A stretch of DNA of 26,240 bases from Methanothrix sp. Its GTDB lineage: Archaea > Halobacteriota > Methanosarcinia > Methanotrichales > Methanotrichaceae. The stretch covers positions 1 to 26,240 of the forward strand of contig JAXGJB010000039.1 of the NCBI GenBank assembly GCA_040770465.1. The letters are read 5' to 3'. The notes below the pieces were generated by a model. The model ran no database searches. It was not told where the DNA came from and saw only the letters and a program-made list of their open reading frames with translations. The position numbers were made by a program, and so were the translations under genes. This document shows positions 1 to 8,308 of the stretch, one piece after another (position 1 is the first letter of the stretch; every line of letters starts with the position of its first letter).

Positions 1-1
1 A

Positions 2-766
2 AGCCATCAAGAGCTCCTCGCCCTGGGAGACCTCGACCGTGCCATCCACATATTCCGGTCCGACCTCCTCCGGGAGGGGCTCACCATCAGCATGGCGACA
101 GAAACGCTGTGCCGCTCCCTGAAGGTCGAGGCGAAGGTCGTTCCCATGACTGATGATCCCGTCTCCACCATGATCTCGACGCCGGAGGGGGAGATGCATC
201 TTCAGGAGTTTTGGGTTGGACGGGGGGGCCGCCCCGACGTAACGGCCATCCGGTTCCGCGGGATCGAGGACGCCCTCCCGAGCCTCGGGTTTCTCGCGGC
301 CCTGGAGAGGGCGGCTGAGGCTGGCGAGCCCGTCCTGATAGGGCCGAGTAACCCCGTCTCCAGCATCGGGCCGATCCTGGCGCTGAGGGGAGTTCGGGAC
401 CTGTTGAAGAAGATTAGCAGGAAAGGACGAGAAAGAGGAAGAGAGGGGCGGAAAAGCCGGGTCGTCGCCATAAGCCCTCTCGTAGGCGGAAAGCCCGTCA
501 GCGGCCCTGCCGCCGCTTTCATGCGAGCCTGGGGGTTTCCGGTCAGCGACCAGGGTGTCGCCGACATCCTCGGGTGCGTCGACCTGATGGTGGTGAGCCC
601 AGAAAGCGACTATCGGGGGCCCGCTGTCCGGCTCGACACCGTCATGAAGGACGAGAGAGACAGCCTGAGGGTGGCGGGGGAGATCGTTGATATCCTGCAT
701 GGAGAGACGGAGACGGGAGCGGAAGCAGAGGCGGGGGAAGAGGAAGCTGAGACGGAGGCGGTCTGA
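2..766 (+). CDS. cofD: 2-phospho-L-lactate transferase (F420 biosynthesis), 5'-truncated by the window edge
   Basis: The frame is open from position 2 (SHQELLALGDLDRAIHIFRSDLL..., a CofD LGDxDRAxH motif). It continues through PMTDDPV, HLQEFWV, IGPSNPVSSIGPIL and VAISPLVGGKPVSGPA, all typical of CofD. Confidence 0.93.
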   Translation, partial: SHQELLALGDLDRAIHIFRSDLLREGLTISMATETLCRSLKVEAKVVPMTDDPVSTMISTPEGEMHLQEFWVGRGGRPDVTAIRFRGIEDALPSLGFLAALERAAEAGEPVLIGPSNPVSSIGPILALRGVRDLLKKISRKGRERGREGRKSRVVAISPLVGGKPVSGPAAAFMRAWGFPVSDQGVADILGCVDLMVVSPESDYRGPAVRLDTVMKDERDSLRVAGEIVDILHGETETGAEAEAGEEEAETEAV

Positions 767-767
767 G

Positions 768-1740
768 GTGTTCATCGGCGTCGATCACGGTACGAGGGCG
801 ATAAGGTTTGCAAGCTCCGAAGGAAAATGCTACGTCATCCCGAGAAAGGAGGCGGGCGGCCTCGCCCCCTCGGAAATCATCGATCGGATCAGTGAGGCCT
901 TCGGCCTGGACACCGGCACCGGCACAAGCGGCGCCGAGAAGGTTGAGCTTCTCGCCCTCTGCTACTCCATGGGCGACGGGATCACCGACATCGTCAGAAT
1001 CGAGGACGCCGAGAACCGGGGCGTCATCAGCCAGGAGGGCGCCGGCCTTCACGTCGGCGGCGGGACGAACGTCTTCGACGCCGTCCTCGCGGCGAAATGG
1101 CCCTGCGATCCTCCTGCCCGGAATCCACGACCGGTCAGATGTCGACCCGCGGATGAAGGTCTTCTCCCACGGCGCGAGCCCCGAGAAGGTGGGGCTCGCC
1201 TACAAGGTCTTCAAAGACGGCAAACGGGACTTCATAATCTCGGATGCCAGCTCCAACGTCGTCACCATCGGCGTCGCCGCTGGGCGCATAGCCGGGGCCA
1301 TCGACGCCCCCATCTTCGCGCCGGGGCTCCTGCACGGCCCCCTGGACGTCGCCGCGATCCGAGCTGTCGACGCCGGAAAGATGACCGCCAACGAGGCCTT
1401 CACCCGGAGCGGGATCCTCCGGAAGCGCGGCCTCGCCCTCAAGAGCTGCACCCCTGAAGAAAAGGAGGCGGCCTTCGAGGCGCTCGCCCTCTACGCCGCC
1501 ATGGAGCTCGCCGCTATGGGCGTCCTCCTGAGGGACCTCGGAGCCTCTCATCCGGCGCTGTACCTGGCGGGCGACCCCGCCCCCCGGATCGCGGGCAGGG
1601 TCTCGGAGCTTTTGGAGTGCGAGGTTCTGCCGCTGAAGAGCTGCGATGCGGCCCTCGGATGCGCGCTTATCGCGGAGGATGTGTACAGTGGGGCGAGGGA
1701 GGTGCTGGGGCTTCGGGTGGATTCGAGGGTGTTGGGGTAG
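768..1740 (+). pseudogene. Methanogenesis marker protein 12 (UPF0285 family), split by an apparent +1 frameshift at ~1101-1104; real pseudogene or sequencing error
   Basis: GTG at 768 gives MFIGVDHGTRAIRFA...YSMGDGIT...GAGLHVGGGTNVFDA in the 687 frame. The protein continues in the 808 frame as AILLPGIH...FSHGASPEKVG...SDASSNVVT...GAIDAPIFAPG..HGPLD. Deleting one base from tgg-ccct-gcg-atc restores W-P-A-I-L-L-P-G. Confidence 0.8.
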
Positions 1741-1886
1741 CTGAGTCACATCATTTAACTGGCGTAAACTTGGCTTTTTTGGAGAATTTCGACAACTTTG
1801 CATAAGTGTACTATTCGATGCGTTCCTCACATAAGACAAATCATCGAAACATTTTTACCTTGTTTCATTCACACTAACTAATAAGG

Positions 1887-3401
1887 GTGAATAAGGTGAG
1901 ACTGAAGCTAATTTACATTCTGTTGATGCTATCATCGCTATCAATGCCAGCCGTGGCGGATGAGGTGGAAACGGCAGTCGTATTCCCCGATCCGAACCTT
2001 GAGGATGCCATAAGAGACACGATCGATAAACCAGAAGGTCCCATCTATGCTGCAGATCTAGAACAGATCGATCGTCTTGGGGCGAATAAAAGTGATATCA
2101 GAGATCTTACCGGGCTGGAGTATTGTAATCACTTACAATATCTGGACCTAGGGTGGAATGAAATAACCGACGTATCTCCTCTAGCTGGCCTCACAAACCT
2201 GCAGGAACTGTACCTATGGGGGAATGAGATAACTGATGTCTCTTCTCTAACAGGCCTTATCAACCTGCAATATCTGTACCTAGGGTGGAACCCGATAACT
2301 GACGTATCTCCTATAGCAGGCCTCACTAACCTGCAAAAATTGGACATAAGTAGCACCGGGATAACCGACATCTCTCCTCTAGCTGGCCTCACAAACCTGC
2401 GATATCTGTACCTAAGACTGAACCGGATAACCGACATATCTCCGCTGGCTGGCCTCACCAACCTGCAAGAACTTTACCTATGGGTGAACCAGATAACCGA
2501 CGTATCTCCTCTAACGGGCCTCACTAACCTGCAAAATCTGTCCCTGTGGAGGAATCAGATAACCGATGTCTCTCCGCTGGCGGGCCTCACTAACCTGCAA
2601 GGACTGGACCTAGGGTGGAATGAGATAACCGACGTATCTCCGCTAGCGGGCCTCACTAACCTGCAAGAACTGTGTCTAAGGGAGAACCAGATAACCGATG
2701 TCTCGCCGTTGGCGGGCCTCACTAACCTGCAAAAACTGGACCTACCGTACAACCAGATAAACGACGTCTCCCCTCTAGTGGACCTCACCAACCTGCAAGA
2801 ACTGAACCTATGGGTGAACCAGATAACTGACGTCTCTCCTCTAACGGGCCTCACTAACCTGCGAAATCTGTCCCTATGGGGGAATGAGATAACCGACATC
2901 TCTCCTCTAGCGGTCCTCACCAACCTGCAATACCTGTCCCTAGGGTGGAATGAGATAACCGACGTATCTCCGCTGGCTGGCCTCACTAACCTGCAATATC
3001 TGTCCCTAGTTAGGAACCAGATAACCGACGTATCTCCTCTAGCGGACCTCACTAACCTGCAAAATCTGGACCTAAGTAGCAACCAGATAACCGACGTATC
3101 TCCGCTAGCGGACCTCACTAACCTGCAATACCTGTCCCTAGTGGGGAACCAGATAACCGACGTCTCTCCTCTGGCTGGCCTCACTAACCTGCAACATCTG
3201 GACCTAAGTGGCAACGAGATAACCGACGTCTCTCCTCTAGCAGGCCTCACTAACCTGCAAGAACTGTGGCTAAATAGCAACGAGATAACCGACGTTTCTT
3301 CTCTAGCGAGCCTCACTAACCTGCAAAAACTGAACCTAAATAACAACCAGATAACCGACGCCTCTCCTTTGGCGGACCTCACAGCTAAAATCACATATTA
3401 A
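1887..3401 (+). CDS. Secreted/surface internalin-like leucine-rich repeat protein
   Basis: Signal peptide (MNKVRLKLIYILLMLSSLSMPAVA), internalin-type N-cap (FPDPNLEDAIR...DLTGLEYC), then 19 near-perfect 22-aa LRRs of the form LQxLxLxxNxITDVSPLAGLTN. Confidence 0.92.
   Translation: MNKVRLKLIYILLMLSSLSMPAVADEVETAVVFPDPNLEDAIRDTIDKPEGPIYAADLEQIDRLGANKSDIRDLTGLEYCNHLQYLDLGWNEITDVSPLAGLTNLQELYLWGNEITDVSSLTGLINLQYLYLGWNPITDVSPIAGLTNLQKLDISSTGITDISPLAGLTNLRYLYLRLNRITDISPLAGLTNLQELYLWVNQITDVSPLTGLTNLQNLSLWRNQITDVSPLAGLTNLQGLDLGWNEITDVSPLAGLTNLQELCLRENQITDVSPLAGLTNLQKLDLPYNQINDVSPLVDLTNLQELNLWVNQITDVSPLTGLTNLRNLSLWGNEITDISPLAVLTNLQYLSLGWNEITDVSPLAGLTNLQYLSLVRNQITDVSPLADLTNLQNLDLSSNQITDVSPLADLTNLQYLSLVGNQITDVSPLAGLTNLQHLDLSGNEITDVSPLAGLTNLQELWLNSNEITDVSSLASLTNLQKLNLNNNQITDASPLADLTAKITY
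2133..3386 (+). repeat. Intragenic tandem array of 19 x 66-bp LRR units
   Basis: The unit ctgcaa...cta......aaccagataaccgacgtatctcctctagcgggcctcactaac recurs at a 66-bp period. Confidence 0.95.
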
Positions 3402-3643
3402 AGCCAACAGAGAATAGATCATCTTCGTCCGGGGGCCTGCCTCGATCAGGACTAGTAGCCCAAGCTGACAGAATGTCGTCTGTTGCTCACATCACGTTGT
3501 AACGACCTCACCCTCGGCGGCCTCCAGGCCCAACAGGTAAAGGTGGCCACCCTTCTCGGGCCTCTCGGTGGGAAGGGGGTAGAAAGTCGGCTCTGGCCCA
3601 AAGGACATAAACCAGACAGTCGCCCTCGTTGGTCGGTGGCCAT

Positions 3644-3919
3644 ATGAGGAGGATCTTCGAACGTGATCCCCTGACCTGGAGAAAAATCGTCTCCGACTTC
3701 GAGCGGGAGTTCGCCGCCCTCCACAGCGACTGGATGCGGTCCGTCGAGCTGAAGGACAAAATCGGCGAGATCGTCGCCGGGCCCGAGTTTCGCGACCTCG
3801 CTCCCGACCTCCTGGAGAGGCTCGACCTCCTCCACGTGGAGCTGGTGGCCCTCACCCGCGAGAACGTCTGCACCAACGAGCGGTGCCCCCACTACCAAAA
3901 GGACTGTAAGATGAGATAA
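3644..3919 (+). CDS. Small hypothetical protein (91 aa) with C-terminal CX4CX6C
   Basis: ATG at 3644, host-like GC-rich codon usage, ends CTNERCPHYQKDCKMR, 9 bp upstream of the DUF1848 gene. Confidence 0.7.
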   Translation: MRRIFERDPLTWRKIVSDFEREFAALHSDWMRSVELKDKIGEIVAGPEFRDLAPDLLERLDLLHVELVALTRENVCTNERCPHYQKDCKMR

Positions 3920-3928
3920 ATGAGATAA

Positions 3929-4852
3929 ATGATCATCTCCGCCAGCTACAAGACGGACATCCCGGCCTTCTACGGCCATTGGTTTGAAAACCGGCTCGAT
4001 GCCGGATACTGCTGGGTCGCCAACCCCTACAATCGCCGCCAGGTCCGCCGGGTCAGTTTGGCGAGGGAAGACGTGGACGGCTTCGTCTTCTGGACCAAGA
4101 ACCTCGGCCCCTTCATGGGCAGGCTTGAGCGGGTGGCAGAGTTCGGCCGCCCCTTCACCATCCAGTACACCATCACCGGCTACCCTCGGGAGCTGGAGCG
4201 AACCGTCGTCGACGCCGACCGCTCCGTCCGGCACCTGCGGGCCGTCGCCGATGCTTACGGTCCCCGGGCCGCCGTCTGGCGGTACGACCCGATCCTCTTC
4301 ACGTCCCTGACGCCTCGGGAGTTTCACCTCGAAAACTTCGAGCGGCTCGCCGGGGCTCTTGAGGGGGCGACCGACGAGGTGGTGATATCCTTCGCCACGA
4401 TCTACAGGAAGGCCGCTCGGAACCTCGACCTTGCGGCCCGCGAGTTTGGATTCACCTGGGAGGACCCGCCCGACGAGACGAAGCTGGACCTGGAAGCAAA
4501 GCTGGTGGAGATGGCGAAATCCCACGGCATGAAGCTCTCGGTCTGCTCCCAGCGAAAGTACGTCGTCACCGGGGCGGCGGCAGCCCGGTGCGTCGACGCC
4601 CGCCGGCTCGCCGCGATGGGAGGGCGGCCCGTCAGGGCCCGGCTCAAGGGCAACCGGCCCGACTGCGGGTGCTACGCATCGACGGACATCGGCGAGTACG
4701 ACACCTGCCCCTCCGGCTGCGCATACTGCTACGCCGTCCTCCACCGGGATCTGGCTTTCAAGCGGTATCGAAGCCACGATCCAAAAGGCGAGTTTCTCTT
4801 CAGTCCTGCCACCTCGTCCGAATATTCGAGTGTCCAGACGACCCTCCTCTGA
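3929..4852 (+). CDS. DUF1848 family protein (spore photoproduct lyase/radical-SAM-like, probable Fe-S)
   Basis: MIISASYKTDIPAFY..WF.NRL, FWTKN, YTITGY, WRYDPI, and C-terminal RPDCGC...DIGEYDTCPSGCAYCYA are DUF1848 hallmarks. Confidence 0.9.
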   Translation: MIISASYKTDIPAFYGHWFENRLDAGYCWVANPYNRRQVRRVSLAREDVDGFVFWTKNLGPFMGRLERVAEFGRPFTIQYTITGYPRELERTVVDADRSVRHLRAVADAYGPRAAVWRYDPILFTSLTPREFHLENFERLAGALEGATDEVVISFATIYRKAARNLDLAAREFGFTWEDPPDETKLDLEAKLVEMAKSHGMKLSVCSQRKYVVTGAAAARCVDARRLAAMGGRPVRARLKGNRPDCGCYASTDIGEYDTCPSGCAYCYAVLHRDLAFKRYRSHDPKGEFLFSPATSSEYSSVQTTLL

Positions 4853-4900
4853 ATCATGCCCTTCCCGCCCTCTTTCTGCCCGGAAACCCGCGCCAGCCCA

Positions 4901-4935
4901 TTAGAAAAATTAGAGAGTTAGAAAAATTAGGAAAA
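4901..4935 (-). terminator. Repeated oligo-T tracts on the minus strand, putative terminator of the TPR operon
   Basis: The plus strand reads ttagaaaaa-ttagagag-ttagaaaaa-ttaggaaaa, giving T-tracts just downstream of the stop of 4944..6425(-). Confidence 0.45.
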
Positions 4936-4943
4936 CTGGGGCG

Positions 4944-6425
4944 TCAACCCTCGTACCCCAGCTTTTCTGCCACCAGAGATGACATGGTGGCGTTGTAAAC
5001 CTGGCCCAGCGCCCTCTGGGCCTCTCCCCTTCCATGCCAAGCGTTGCTCGAAATCGGGCCCAGCTCGATAGCCCTGTTGTATGCCTCTAGAGCCTCCTCG
5101 TTTCTGCCAAGTGCCAATAGAGCATCTCCCCTGCCTTCCCACGCATTGGTATCGACTAAGTAAGGCTCGACTCCTGGAGAGGCTTCGAGGATTTGATCGT
5201 AGACCTCTAAGGACTCGTCGTACCTGCCGAGTTCGTAAAGAACTCTCCCCTTCATCTGCAGCAGGTCGATGTTGCCGGGATCTTTCAAAATAGCCTCTTC
5301 GTAGAGCGCGAGCGACCTCTTGAAGGCCTCCGTCGCATCTTCCTGCTTTCCGGCCTTGTTCAGGGCCGTTCCCTTGGAAAGCCAGGTTTGTGCCAGCTTT
5401 TCTGTCTCGTTCTCCGGGATCAGCGCGATGGCCTCGTCGTAGGCCTCCAGGGCCTCGTCGTACCTCGCCATCTCGACGAGGAGGCTCGCCTTCCACTGCC
5501 AACTTTCGACGTCGTCGGGATTCTGTTCGATCGCCTCGTCAAAGGCCGCCAGAGCCTCTTCCTTCCTCCCCAGCTCCGTCAGAACGAAGGCCTTGAAGTG
5601 CCACCACGTGCCGCTCTTGGGGTTCAGCTCCAGGGATCTGTTGACCGCCTCCAGAGCGTCTTCCCATCTCTCCGCAGCCGCCAGATCCTCGCTCTTGGCG
5701 GCGTAGGCCAGCGCCAGCTCCGCGGTGTCGTTTGCGGGTATCAGCTCTATGGCCCTGTCGTAGGCCTCGACGGACTCGTTCATGTCACCTATGTAGCTGA
5801 TCACCTCGGCTTTTCTCCACCAGACGTTGTAGTCGAGGGGTTTCAGCTCCGTGACCTTGTCGTAGGCCTCGGAAGCCTCCTCCCACCGGCCGAGGTTCAA
5901 AAGAACGTTGGCCCTCCCCATCCAGGCGTCGGCGTCGTTCGGGTCCGCCTCGATCCTCTGGTCGAAGACGTCCAGGGCCGTTTCGTAAGCCTGCTCGGCC
6001 TCCTCCGGCCTGTTCAGACGTCTCAGAACTAGCGCCTTGTTCTGCCAGGCATCGGCGTCGCTTGGGTCATCCTCAAGGTCCTCATCCAGAAGGACGAGGG
6101 CCTTCTCGTAGGTCTCGGCGGACTCGTTCACCTTCCCCATGACCGCGAGTTCGAAGGCCTTTCGTATGAGGATCGATTCATTTTCAGGATCGATCTTCAG
6201 GGCCTCATCGTAAGCGGTGATCGCCTCTTCGATGGAGCCGTTTTGGTACAGCTCCTGGGCCCTATTCATCCAGTAGTCTACGGTCTCCTCCTGCGCAAAG
6301 GCGGGAACGCAGAGCAGAGCCAGAGCCGCTAAGGCTAAGGCGAGCCTGGTCCTTCCTCCCAACTTCGAAGGCCAGCTGAGGGCCTCCAATGGTCCACTTT
6401 TTCCTTTCACATCAACCCACTCCAC
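4944..6425 (-). CDS. Secreted tetratricopeptide-repeat protein
   Basis: GTG start with an AGGTGA RBS, signal peptide (RLALALAALALLCVPAFAQE), many W..KA..L..LGR.EEAL.AYD.AIE..P repeats, ends AEKLGYEG. Confidence 0.9.
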   Translation of the reverse strand: MEWVDVKGKSGPLEALSWPSKLGGRTRLALALAALALLCVPAFAQEETVDYWMNRAQELYQNGSIEEAITAYDEALKIDPENESILIRKAFELAVMGKVNESAETYEKALVLLDEDLEDDPSDADAWQNKALVLRRLNRPEEAEQAYETALDVFDQRIEADPNDADAWMGRANVLLNLGRWEEASEAYDKVTELKPLDYNVWWRKAEVISYIGDMNESVEAYDRAIELIPANDTAELALAYAAKSEDLAAAERWEDALEAVNRSLELNPKSGTWWHFKAFVLTELGRKEEALAAFDEAIEQNPDDVESWQWKASLLVEMARYDEALEAYDEAIALIPENETEKLAQTWLSKGTALNKAGKQEDATEAFKRSLALYEEAILKDPGNIDLLQMKGRVLYELGRYDESLEVYDQILEASPGVEPYLVDTNAWEGRGDALLALGRNEEALEAYNRAIELGPISSNAWHGRGEAQRALGQVYNATMSSLVAEKLGYEG

Positions 6426-6468
6426 GTTTTCACCTGGATATGATCACAAAAAAATTTTGACTTCACTC

Positions 6469-7884
6469 CTAGTACCCCAGATCTCTGGCCCTGGCGAAAG
6501 CGGCCTCTGCCTCAGAATTTCTGCCGAGCGCCTGGAGGGCGAAACCTTTCTCCTGCATGGCATACATGTTGGATGGATCAAGCTCCAGAGCTCTATCGAA
6601 CGCATCGATAGCCCCCTCATAATCGCCCATCTCTTCGAGAACGATGCCCTTCTCCGTCAGGACTGCGGCAGCATACAGGCTATCGTCGGCAGGCAGCATC
6701 TCGATGATCTCATCGAATGCATCAATGGATTCGTTATACCTGCCCAGCTCAGCCAGAACGCCGGCTTTATTTAACCGGGCCTCCAGGCCCGTGAAGCTCG
6801 GATCAAGCTCTATGGCCATCTCATAGGAGACCAAAGCCTCTTCACGGCTGGCTCTGGCCTCATCTTGCCTGCCGGCATCTTCGAGGGCGCTCCCCATGTT
6901 CGTGAGAGCGATGGCCCTGCCCTCCCAGGCCAGTGCGAGGTCTCTTGTATCATTGTCAGGTATCAGCTCGATAGCTCTATCAAACGCCTCAAGAGACTCG
7001 TCGTATTTGCTGAGATTTCTGTTGAACGCGGCCAGGGAACCGAGAGAATAGCCCTTCTTCATCCAGGCATTCCCGTAATCCGGATCGATCTTGATGGCCT
7101 CGTCGTAAGCGACGATCGCGTCTTCAAAGGCTCCGATCCGCTCAGGGCCCTGCATCTGATATGCAGCCGCATCCAAAGCATCGCCCTTCTTCAACCAGAC
7201 CTCTTTATCCGTTGGATCCATCTCCAGCGACCTGTTATAGGATTCGACGGCCTCATCATACCTTCCCATCTGCATGAGGAGGTTGGCCTTGATCATCGCG
7301 GCATCAAAGGCTCTGGTGGAGTTGTGCTCAATGGCCTTGTCGTAGGCCTCCATCGCCTCCTCGTTCCGGCCCAGGCTGATCAAGATCTCGGCCTTCTCAA
7401 ACCAGGCCTCGGCGTCCTCAGGGTCCTCCTTCAGAGTATCGTTGTAGATCGCCAGCGCCTTCTCCCAGGACTCTTTCGCCTCCTCTGGCCTTTCAAGGCC
7501 GTTGAGGGCGACACCCCTCCCCCACCACGCGAGAGGATCCGTTGGGCTCTCTTCCAGATCCTCGTCGAATAAGGCGACGGCCTTCATGTTGGCCTGCCTG
7601 GCCAGGATATCGCATATTAGAGCCTTGTCCAGCCAGGCGGTGGCGTTGCCCGGATCGATCGCCAGCGCATTGTCGTAGGCCCGGAGGGCCTCATCCATGC
7701 TGCCGTTTATGAACAGCTCATGCCCCTTCTGGAGCCAGCTTGCTGCTGAATTCTCCTCCGTCATCTCCTCATCAGCTGATGCCGCAAGCCACGACGTCGC
7801 AAAAGCCGCCAGCAAGAAGACTAAAATCGCCCAAATTCGCAGCGGCCTGGATCCCTTGTCGATTCTTATCTTCTTCAAATCCAT
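6469..7884 (-). CDS. Secreted tetratricopeptide-repeat protein, paralog of the downstream gene
   Basis: The likely start is ATG 7884 (MDLKKIRI, preceded by AGGTGGTG) or 7899, not 8127. Hydrophobic signal segment, TPR repeats, ends ARARDLGY. Confidence 0.88.
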   Translation of the reverse strand: MDLKKIRIDKGSRPLRIWAILVFLLAAFATSWLAASADEEMTEENSAASWLQKGHELFINGSMDEALRAYDNALAIDPGNATAWLDKALICDILARQANMKAVALFDEDLEESPTDPLAWWGRGVALNGLERPEEAKESWEKALAIYNDTLKEDPEDAEAWFEKAEILISLGRNEEAMEAYDKAIEHNSTRAFDAAMIKANLLMQMGRYDEAVESYNRSLEMDPTDKEVWLKKGDALDAAAYQMQGPERIGAFEDAIVAYDEAIKIDPDYGNAWMKKGYSLGSLAAFNRNLSKYDESLEAFDRAIELIPDNDTRDLALAWEGRAIALTNMGSALEDAGRQDEARASREEALVSYEMAIELDPSFTGLEARLNKAGVLAELGRYNESIDAFDEIIEMLPADDSLYAAAVLTEKGIVLEEMGDYEGAIDAFDRALELDPSNMYAMQEKGFALQALGRNSEAEAAFARARDLGY

Positions 7885-8308
7885 CACCACCTTCCCCATC
7901 GAGATCGTTTTTTGATCACGCTTCAATCCTAGGAACAAACAATATCCTTTAATGAAAACTGAGTATCTGAGATGACTATATAAATTTACCTCAAGTCTTA
8001 TTTCTATAAAATTCGTCTTAAGTTTATATGCCCTGAATATGCCTGATGGATTCTGCTTTGCGAATGAGATGACCCGAAACAACCGGCTGCAGAGAAAGAT
8101 ACCAGCATGAATTTGAAGAAGCGGCATTGTGAAGGATTAGGATGCTTTTCGAAATTGATCCGACAGCCTTCAGCCAGCTAGACTTCGTTTCTGACGACAT
8201 CACCCATAAGGCATTATAGCCATTGAGGAGAATATGTTAGCCTAAAACTAAACCAAACCTAACCTGAACCCATTCTTGATGCGATAGGGCCCAGCTGGAG
8301 GTGAGGGG

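Noticed and set aside
2129-3394. Long antisense ORFs and a CRISPR-like regular periodicity in the LRR gene
   Set aside because: The 66-bp period is an in-frame coding repeat with only a few variable codons and no unique spacers. The antisense ORFs are a by-product of a stop-free repeat unit.
3402-3643. Possible structured ncRNA in the intergenic region (also 15573-15896)
   Set aside because: Only weak GC-rich hairpins are present, with no tRNA, SRP or RNase P signature that I can recognise. An Rfam/Infernal search would be needed.
3452-4777. 441-aa minus-strand ORF and similar shadow ORFs (e.g. 9419..10594, 1135..1839, 22305..23033)
   Set aside because: These are antisense or alternate-frame shadows of well-supported genes in GC-rich DNA, with no recognisable motifs.
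7885-8127. N-terminal extension of the 552-aa TPR ORF
   Set aside because: It runs through AT-rich divergent promoter DNA. The RBS and signal peptide point to a start at 7884-7899.
8241-8270. Degenerate 5-bp AACC(T/A) periodic tract upstream of the kinase
   Set aside because: It is too short and degenerate to distinguish from chance low-complexity sequence.
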